Made by a program: the position numbers and the translations under genes. Below are positions 53,947-64,000 of a stretch of 64,000 nucleotides of DNA, in pieces. Each line of letters begins with the position of its first letter. Within the stretch, counting starts at the first letter, position 1. The DNA comes from Eledone cirrhosa. Taxonomy: Eukaryota. The DNA lies in assembly GCA_964016885.1 (NCBI GenBank), contig OZ024747.1, positions 65,038,001-65,102,000 of the forward strand, in the 5' to 3' direction. A model generated the notes under the pieces. The model was not told the DNA's origin. It did not search any database and saw only the letters and a list, made by a program, of their open reading frames with translations.

Positions 53947-54734
53947 TGACTCATACACTGTTCACTTTCATGATATTTGTACATTATTCTATGTACTATG
54001 CATATACCTTTGATGAGTTGTAGTGCACCTGAGCACTGTACACAATAATTTTCATTATTTTACATTCAAACATGTTGAAACTAAATTGAATCATTTGAGC
54101 AAGAAACAGACATTGTTTATGCAGAGTGAAATAAAAACCTGTAAAGTCTGGTCGAATACATAAAATAGGTGTTAATATTAATAATGAATAAGTCACATCT
54201 ATTGGAACTGGTGGTTATCTATAATAAGTGGTAATGTAAATATATATAAATATATATATAGTGATATTAAATGTGAAGACTAAAATCTGAATAGCGCTCG
54301 ATAAGGATTATATATATAAATAAATATATATAAACCCGTAGAGCAAATATTTATTATAAGAACAGATTAAACTTTAAGCAAAGAATCACTGCTTCCACCC
54401 TTAATGAGAGCTTCTGAAATTGTTTCAGAAGATCCTATGATGGGTGAATGCAGCGATTCTTTGCTTAAATTTTAATCTGTTCTTATAATATATATATAGG
54501 TCCATATATGTCCATATATGTCTTGTACTCTCAGTCGCGTCACGCCATGAAACCGGGATAAGCACCGGCCAAATAAGCCTTCTGGCTTAAGACAGACTTT
54601 AGACTTTTAGACATATATATATATAAGGTCTGAACATAATGAAATCAAATTCTCATTGTCACTGCCTTTGTCTCTCTTGCTCTCCCCATCTCTCACTACT
54701 ATAAGCAAATGGGGACCCACACACTGGACACCCA

Positions 54735-54915
54735 ACAGAGTCCCAGTGGACAGAATAGAGAAGGCATTTCCCCAGACGATGGTGAGGAAGTTGCTTTGGA
54801 AGAGCCATTCCAGCCTGCGAGGCCCACACCTGCAGGTAGGCAACTCTGTGCCGATGGTGGAGAGTAGGGAGGTGGTCCAAGGGCCAAGAACACCAGATGT
54901 CTCCACTGCTAAGCC
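54735..54915 (-). mobile_element. CRE-clade LINE REL endonuclease C-terminal fragment between (TA)n tracts
   Basis: AVETSGVLGPW..LL..IG..PRRLEWLFQ..TIVWGNAFSILST matches the CRE C-terminal pattern. Confidence 0.7.
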
Positions 54916-55707
54916 ACATTAACTGTGGTGGAACAATGGATTTAAATCCATTCTACTATATATATATATATATATATATAGTGTTCTAGAATATTGTATA
55001 TATCATATCCAGAAATATACATAGAAATATATTGGCTGATAAATTCTGAAGATAAATTATTAACCATAGGGTTCAATTTTTGTTACAGCCACTGTTTCCT
55101 AGGGGCTTTATGAATTTTCACTACAGCACCTACCATTTGAATCCCATACATACTCAATGACAATTTATTTATAAGTTTCTCTTTTACCCCGTATACATCT
55201 TTCTTATATATATATATATATTTATATGTTTGTATTTGTAAATATACATTAGTTATAGAAGTGACGTCCAAACGAGTATCCTCCACCACCAACTAACTTG
55301 ACCTGCACCACTGGGTCCCAGCTGACACAATGGAGAATATATTGCCCTGGAGGATGGCAAGGGGGATGTGCCGAAACAGCTACACCACTTTGCAGGACTC
55401 ACAACTCCATACTTGTATAGGAAACAAACAATATATATTTTCATCAGAGATAATACATACCTATATTTTTTGTTATAAGCAGAAGGGATATTCAATTTGT
55501 TGGTAATTCAACAAATATAAATGTTTATAACTGATTCAGAGCACTCAACAGTTTTCTGGAGTATAATATACAATGATATTAAATAAATGGAAACTATATT
55601 TATAAAACCATGTTTATTTTATTATATATATTTCAACAGAAGGGATAACTTGAACCATTAAGGTATATTCTCCTTGGTTATGTCAAAATTTATAAAACAC
55701 ACTTCGT

Positions 55708-55766
55708 ATTTTATCTGATGATAGTGTACCAAAATGTTGGTACCCTTGAAATATATATAATAGAAT
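55708..55766 (+). ncRNA. intact minimal type-I hammerhead ribozyme motif
   Basis: ATTTTAT-CTGATGA-stem II (GTACCAA/TTGGTAC)-GAAA-TATATA-TA-ATAGAAT. Confidence 0.72.
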
Positions 55767-56250
55767 AAATATGGTTTTATAAATATAGTTTCCATTTATT
55801 TAATATCATTGTATATTTTTTGTTATATATTGCTGTACAAACTCTTACTGACAGAAATCATAAACAATTTTGTCCTCATCAATCAAAAAATACCTTATTT
55901 AATTGTTAATTTGTTTCCAAGGCTGTGATTTACCATCTGAATTTACAACAGGTTAAATTTAACAGAAGAATTTGATGGAATTACTGAGTTGTTTACCATT
56001 AACTTTTCAATTACTAAATAAAGACTAATTCAACATTTTTACAGAATAAATAATTGACAAAGTATAAAACTCTTTGTTTTGTTGTATTATCAGTTAATAA
56101 ATCATTTTGATCGAAGAAATAAGGAACTTGCTAATATTCATACCAAAAAGAATGTAGAAAAAATTGCCTGGTGCTAATGTTGAACATGTTCAGCGAATTC
56201 TCAAAATAAAACAAAATATTTCAAAATAAAAACTTGTTTAATGATAAGTA

Positions 56251-56313
<63 letters not shown>

Positions 56314-56771
56314 CAGTTTAGTAGTCAGTTACAAATATTAAGCTCTAAGAAAATACTTCTGAGCATTACATTATAATTTTAAAAAATATATGATCAACAC
56401 TACTGTGTTTTTTTTTTTTTGCAAAAAAAAAAAAAAAAAAAAAAAAATTATTGTCATTTTGCAACAAAAAAAAAAACACAGTAGTGTTGATCATATATTT
56501 TTTTTAATTATAATATATATATATATATATTTATATATAATATTATTAATATGTGTGTTTTAAATACCATAGCATTAAAATATTTAAATATTCAAACATT
56601 AACTGATTAAGCACTTAATACCGGTGGGTAGAGTGTAGAAATTGATTTTCTAAGTTGAAAAACAGCAACAATTTTGAGGTTTCAATTTGATTGTTTTATC
56701 TGGTTGCAATGAAGTGATCAAGCTGAAACATTAAAGTCACTGCCAGTTTTTACTTAGAATACATGCATGTG

Positions 56772-56821
<50 letters not shown>

Positions 56822-56913
56822 CACACACACATCTATATGAATGTATGCATATATATATATATATATATATTGGAAAATGTGTGATATCCTTGGTACAGTT
56901 AGGTATATTTGAA

Positions 56914-57263
56914 AAAAAGGAAAAGAATGACTTCACTTGTAGTTTTAAAACAATTTAATTTTATAATATTATGATTTGGTAGATCTAGTAAGTTCTTTGT
57001 TAACTTTGGTGGGAAGACTTTTAAAGATTCCTGGTTAACTTTCTCACATTCGTCAATGGTAATTGTCAAACTGATCTCAGTTTGACAATCACCACCGATG
57101 AATGCGAGAAAGTTCTCCAGGAAAGTTAACCAGGAATCTTTAAAAGTCTTCCCACCAAAGTTAACAAAGAACTTACTAGATCTACCAAATCATAATATTA
57201 TAAAATGAAATCAAATTGTTTAAAACTACAAGTAAAGTCATTCTTTTCCCTTTTTCAAATATA
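56914..57263. repeat. (TA)n-embedded long palindrome with decayed hammerhead
   Basis: ~160-bp arms centred at AAACTGA-TC-TCAGTTT. Confidence 0.9.
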
Positions 57264-57304
57264 TACATATATATATATATATAAGGAATTGGTTTGATTT
57301 TCAA

Positions 57305-57515
57305 TTATTTTGATTCTGGTTCCTCTCTGACACTTGTTTCACTGTTATGTTGGAAGCCAATGCTCAGCCTTGCAGCATTATTTTCAGGTTTTTTAGGAAG
57401 TGCAATAAAACGGGATGGTGCTGTAATATTGAACTTGCGATGCATAGCTTCATCCATGATGCCAAACAGACAGCTATCCAAAAACATTTCCGCAAAGTTA
57501 CTAAATTCCACCAAA
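57305..57515 (-). CDS. CFAP65: probable last coding exon of cilia- and flagella-associated protein 65
   Basis: Acceptor TTTTCATCTTTCAG, open to TAA; LVEFSNFAEMFLDSCLFGIMDEAMHRKFNITAPSRFIALP resembles the vertebrate CFAP65 C-terminus (LPAFANL.EALLEN.IQNIL.EASRGE..LTSRPRVIALP), recalled from memory and not searched. Confidence 0.6.
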
Positions 57516-58229
57516 CTGAAAGATGAAAATAAAATATCATAAATCAGAAATTTATTAACCATTTTGTTACCATATTTCCAATGAAAAACACTGGCAATAT
57601 GTATCATTTAATTCTGAAAATAATCAAAATTTTTTAGGAATTTAGAAATATTTTAGAATTTTCTTATCATTATGCTAGTGTTTGGAACAAAACTGAACAA
57701 GGACAAAACTGAACTGAACAAGAATACAATTATGATAGAATGTTTTAATGTAAATATGAACATTTTAAAACAGGCTGTTTGAGGCAGAATGGTAATTAAA
57801 GGTTAAAAAGCAAACAAAAAGATTATCTTATCTATCTTATATATCTTATATAAGAACCATAAAAAATGTGATGTTCATTTTTTCTGCTAGCAAGGGTTGA
57901 ATGGGTCTTCACAGACTGAGTCAGTACTCAAACAGGCCACAGAACCCCCAGACATGCCAGGGATATGCAGCTCACTTACATACAGTCCCACAGTCCACCA
58001 TGTGCATTTTATCATGAAATTACTAATAGAGAGGTTGTCATAACTTTAACACATCTGACGGGTCCTTCTGATCTTTTGTGTGACACACTTTCTCCAGCTG
58101 GATGCCCTTCCTCTCACCAACCATTTTATAGCGTGTTATGAGTGCATTAATCTTCTAGATCACCACATTTTACAGAGGGTACTGGGTGCTTCTTTGTTAA
58201 TTTTTGTAAATTTATATATATATACACAC

Positions 58230-58274
<45 letters not shown>

Positions 58275-58611
58275 AGAAAAAGTATTATATCAGAATCTCA
58301 AAGGCGAGTAGAGACAGATATATAAGATTAAATGCCAGGTGTAAAAGCAGAGTGTAGCTCAATGCTTATTCATGCAATCTTAATAAGCTTAGTGAAAGGC
58401 AGAGTTAGTGCTTAAGAAGAGTCAGGGTGCATATAGGAGATAAGCAGAGCATTTATAATCAGAATTTCAAGTAGGAGAATCAAGTTACACTTATTAAATA
58501 TGTTTAATCATTTACAATTGCTTCATATACCAAATATTTTAATAGTATGATTTCAAAATGGCGGGATGAATCCAAACAATTAACATGAAATCACCGATAT
58601 ATATATATATT

Positions 58612-59300
58612 TCTACATACAAGAATTGAGCATTAATGACTCCCTTATTATACAGTCTCAAGTGGTTGTATGTTAGGCAGTGGAATTCCTTTGGGATTAC
58701 TTTAATTGCATGCCATGTTGAAGCCATTTTTCTCAGTGTGTGTTTGAGATGAGTTTCCCATTCCCAAGTCAGATTGTAGCCAAATGTCTAGTATCTTGAT
58801 GGATTTTTGTGGTATTAGTAGTTGGTTTATCAAGTATATTCCATAGCATTGATGATTGATGGATTCAGGATTATGGAAATGAACCAGTTATGTTTGAGAT
58901 GGATCAAATTGTTGGCCTTTTTCTTTTGCCCATTCAGTTGCAGTTGATAGGGCTGCGCATAATTTGGTTTTGTTGTTAATGATAATACTAGATGAAGTAT
59001 ATAACTTAATATCCTGATACTTCTACAATTTTATTTAGAGATGCAAGCAAGTCGGTTGTGTAAAATAGTAAGAGAATGGTTGAGACTGGCTAACCTTGTG
59101 GGAGACCCTTTAAAAGGTAAATATTTTTGCTTTTCTTGTTTCCAAGAAACTGAATAGTACTACGATAAGTGAGAAAGCTTTCAACCCAGTTACAGAGATA
59201 TTTAGGGATTTCAAATTGGTGTAATTTTTTGACTAGAGTTTCATGAACCACATAACCACATTGTCATAAGTTCCCTTTATGTCTAATGAGATCAAGCTAG
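58612..59300 (-). mobile_element. degenerate LINE RT fragment (I/R1/Tad1 group)
   Basis: SLDIKGTYDNV, GLPQG*PVSTILLLFY, W...FDP.QT.LVHF, IKILDIWL.SDL.W..H motifs; (TA)n on both sides. Confidence 0.7.
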
Positions 59301-59301
59301 T

Positions 59302-59355
<54 letters not shown>

Positions 59356-59523
59356 ATATTTATATTTATATATGTTTGATATAACTATAAATATGTAGGG
59401 TAGTACTAAGTACTAGCTGGTTACCAGTATGACAAAAGGCTCAATGCAAATTTTCAAGTGTTTTACAGAGCCGAGATACAAAGTGTTAAAACGATCGAAT
59501 TTTAGTTTAGAACATATATATTA

Positions 59524-59568
59524 GCTGACAATTGTCTCTTCCAGAGGGAAGTCTGGAATCATCAGAGC
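59524..59568 (-). ncRNA. minimal hammerhead motif, one core mutation
   Basis: GCT-CTGATGA-TTCCAGA(CTTCCC)TCTGGAA-GAGAC-AATT-GTC-AGC. Confidence 0.6.
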
Positions 59569-60769
59569 ATAAGGAATGTCGAAAACGTGTAACTAGAATT
59601 CTAGTCATTTAGAACATTTAGGGTACATAGTTGTTATTAGTGTCAAAGGTATCATGCGGAGAGTCAGGAGTTAAAAAGATGTTCCGCTTGAAATAACACA
59701 ATTACAGGCAGCACAGGTTGGAAGTGTAATAGGTATAAGTAAAAGTAAAAAGCACAAGCAAAAAAATCACAAGCAAAAAAAATCACAAGCAAAAAGAACA
59801 CAGGCAAAGAAGTTATAAGCAAGGACGATTGGTGTACAATGCAGGAGTCAATACAGTCAATAAGGCTTGTATGAGGAAAGAGCTATAATGGATTCTAGTT
59901 ATACTTTTTCGACATTCTTTATATATATATATATAATAAGTATCTGTTGATCTTATACAAGCTTCTACATAACTTGGTATAATTTCACCCAACTTGTAGA
60001 AATCTTATAATGAAATGAGTCGTTTGGGAAATGATATATTTGATATAGCTCATATGAAATAATTATCCACAGAATACAATATAGTTAGCACCCCAAACGT
60101 TTAATTGGGAATATACCCAGGTATTTCCTAATGTTTGTTGAGTGAGTTGGAATTTGGCCGGAGTATCGCTTTTAGCTTTCTCCGATTATGTATTTAAATA
60201 TATATATATATATATATAATTGACAGATACCATACATATTTTTGATATATTATAGAGAAAAAACACAAACACACACTGTGTATTATATACACCCATAGAG
60301 AGTATATATATATATATATATATATATATAACAAATTCATTGCACACATTACACATAGCACACACATATATGCACACACATTGCACTTTAAAAATTGTGA
60401 AAGAGTGAATAAATTATACAACCTTAGAGAAGTTTGCATCCATATACATAGGAAACACACACACACACCACAGACATAATCTAACCCTTTCACTTTATGA
60501 ATTGTGAAATAATGTATGAAGTATAGAAAAGTAGATAAGTTTACAGACACGATATAAGTAATCTACACATTAAACACATTACATATAGCTCACACATATT
60601 ATACATATATCGCACATATTGTGAAATAATAGATGATGTATAGAAAAGTACATGTGTACAGCAATGATGTTTCTCTCCCAGTTTCTAAATAATAAAAATG
60701 ATTATAGGTTTTATCCTGCATTAAACATAAATAAAATCATTGAAATTGATGATTTCTCAACTAAAATGC

Positions 60770-61536
<767 letters not shown>

Positions 61537-61537
<1 letters not shown>

Positions 61538-61882
61538 GAGGCACATGGCTTAGTGGTTACAGCATTGGCCTTGCAATCGAAAGGTCGTGAGTTCAATTCT
61601 CAGACCGGGTGATGTGTTGTTTCCTTGAGCAAGACACTTTATTTCACATTGCTCCAGTTTACTCAGCTGTAGAAATGAGATGATAGGGACTGGGGTCCAT
61701 ATCATTCCACTGCAATGTGGTCGTGTAGGTGCCACAGAAAAAAAGAACCAAGCACTCACTGTAAATGAGGTTGGTGTTAGGAAGGGCATCCAGCTGTAGA
61801 AATCAGCCAGAATCAGTTCCCGTCCCACCCTTGCAAGTAGGGACAAAGCGAACGTAAAATGAAATGATGATGAAAATGATGA
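61537..61882 (+). mobile_element. SINE B full copy
   Basis: Family sequence. Confidence 0.92.
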
Positions 61883-62224
61883 TATATATATATATTTATA
61901 TACATACAAATATATATGTTTATATAAATATATATATGTACATATATATATATATACAGATATATATACATATATATATATACATATACACACATACATA
62001 TTTAGACACATATATATATATACACACACAAATATATTCAGACACATATATATATACACACACATATATATATATATACATATCTCTATCTATACATCTA
62101 TAAAATAGAATTGCTATATAATTATTATTATATGCTCCAAATGATCCCTCTTTTGACAAATTTAAAAAACATATAAACATATATATATATATACACACAC
62201 GCATATATATATATATATATATAT

Positions 62225-62830
62225 GGTGGCTGCCAACTCGTTTTCGAGTACGGCCACTACTTTATATTCATGTAGGAGAACCCCTACCGATGCGCTGACG
62301 AGTGTGACTTTTTAGTCCAGCCAGCGACTTGAAAACTCTGGTACAAACACTACACTTGTGACAATTATTGACACAGTGCTGGGCCCATAGTACCATGTGA
62401 CGACAAGTGCAGAGAGATCTCCAGATATAAAGCAATGTCTGTGCCGTGAAGCTTTTATAGTGAGCAAAGGCACTGCACAAAGCCAGTCCCACTCTCTTAA
62501 CCAAGATTATATTTACCAAAAAGAAGAACAAGTCAACATCATTGGTTACTATCAGGGTTGCAGGTGTTATATCAGAGTTTTCCTTCTCCTAGAATTCTGC
62601 CTTGACAAAGGCTAAGGGGTCATCTCTCCCGGTGATTTTGGATGGCCATTGACTCTTAAGAGCTCCTTTGCCCTTTGACAGGTTTTGTTTTTAGTCCTGC
62701 AGGATGTCCAAAGTCACCCTCTTCACCAAGAAACCTTGGTGGGGTTGCCAGTTTAGTCGCCAACAACCCGACCATGGGACAGGTTGTACTGGAATACATG
62801 TTACCAGTAGCACCAACTGGTGACCTAACA
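62225..62830 (-). mobile_element. RTE (BovB-like) remnant with C-terminal C2H2 finger
   Basis: HKCSVCTRVFKSLAGLKSHTR near the 3' end; upstream part non-coding, possibly 5' UTR. Confidence 0.55.
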
Positions 62831-62873
62831 GACATATATATATATACATATATATATACACACATACATATGT

Positions 62874-62949
<76 letters not shown>

Positions 62950-62960
62950 TTATATATATG

Positions 62961-63017
<57 letters not shown>

Positions 63018-63204
63018 ATATATATATATCTATATATGAAAAATTAGAATTGGTGCTCTGAAATAGTGATGTATATATGAATGTATATACAGTGTATTTG
63101 GCAATACACTGTATGCTTCATTAAAAGCATTTTGAAGACCTTACGCTATTGTTTTAAAGTAGTGACTATGTCACTTATTTCTTTTTCCAACAAACAAAGG
63201 GAGA

Positions 63205-63252
63205 TAAGCTGACAGATCTCTGTTTCATACTGTTGGTATTCCTCAGAGCTTA
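63205..63252 (-). ncRNA. intact type-I hammerhead ribozyme motif (left-arm copy)
   Basis: Reverse complement of 63446-63493. Confidence 0.82.
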
Positions 63253-63445
63253 GCACTCCCCTTGTTTGTTGAAAATTATGAATGTTGGATTCTTATAGAA
63301 TTCCAGTAATAATCAGGAACTGATTATACAGAGTGGTTTTCAATTTTTGCTGGACCGGCAACCGCTCTGTATAATCAGTTCCTGATTATTACTGGAATTC
63401 TATAAGAATCCAACGTTCATAATTTTCAACAAACAAGGGGAGTGT

Positions 63446-63493
63446 TAAGCTCTGAGGAATACCAACAGTATGAAACAGAGATCTGTCAGCTTA
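63446..63493 (+). ncRNA. intact type-I hammerhead ribozyme motif, GUC cleavage site
   Basis: TAAGCT-CTGAGGA-ATAC(CAACA)GTAT-GAAACAG(AGAT)CTGTC-AGCTTA; stem I extends via CAACAAACAAGGGGAG/CTCCCTTTGTTTGTTG. Confidence 0.85.
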
Positions 63494-64000
63494 TCTCCCT
63501 TTGTTTGTTGGAAAAAGAAATAAGTGACATAGTCACTACTTTAAAACAATAGCGTAAGGTCTTCAAAATGCTTTTAATTAAGCATACAGTGTATTGCCAA
63601 ATACACTATATATACATTCATATATATATATATATTTATATATACATATGCATATATATAATAAATATACATATACACACGCACATATATTATATATATA
63701 TACATATATATATATGTATTCATTCATTTATTTATATATATACATATATATACATATATATATATGTATTCATTCATTTATTTATATATATACATAATAT
63801 ATATGCACATATTTTAAATGTTTTTACTTTTGCCTACTTTCCATTCCGTCAGAGGAAAGAAAAGTTGTAAATCATTCTCTTTTAAAAGACTTTCTTTAAG
63901 ACAACAAAAGTAAAAGAAACTTAACTAAAGCAAAATTTAAATCTCCTCCTTTGCTTCTTTTCGTTTCTTTTGTCCTTGTGTTTTTAATTGAACTTCCTTT

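Larger units (their letters stand above)
63073..63625. mobile_element. (TA)n-embedded near-perfect fold-back element carrying two opposed hammerhead ribozymes
   Basis: ~265-bp arms, ~21-nt loop at 63339-63359. Confidence 0.9.

Noticed and set aside
63935-64000. Possible penultimate CFAP65 exon (KEVQLKTQGQKKRKEAKEEI, minus)
   Set aside because: Runs into a stop with no canonical donor and is truncated by the window edge

Overview
Repeat-saturated, AT-rich animal nuclear DNA. It is most likely an octopod cephalopod, inferred from the extreme (TA)n/(CA)n/(ATG)n/(AAT)n microsatellite load and the SINE types; the species cannot be proven from this window. Almost all listed ORFs are microsatellite artefacts. 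Real coding remnants are retroelements: a near-full-length but disrupted RTE LINE (APE-RT-PHD, ~28.35-31.64 kb), a 5'-truncated Penelope-like element (RT + GIY-YIG, minus), R4/Dong-like and CRE-like RLE fragments, and an I/R1/Tad1-group RT fragment. One probable host exon is present, resembling the last coding exon of CFAP65 (minus, 57305-57515). Two abundant tRNA-derived SINE families, hAT and pogo/Tigger MITEs, non-autonomous Helitrons and several minisatellites are also present. The most striking unannotated signal is a set of about a dozen short non-coding fold-back (palindromic) elements from several unrelated families, mostly in or beside (TA)n tracts. Several carry type-I hammerhead ribozyme motifs, fully intact at 63446-63493/63205-63252, 55708-55766 and 1268-1415. 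Where a motif is recognisable in a fold-back, the ribozyme lies downstream of its own antisense copy. They are probably Penelope-pLTR/retrozyme-like elements. All alignments and folds were done by eye.
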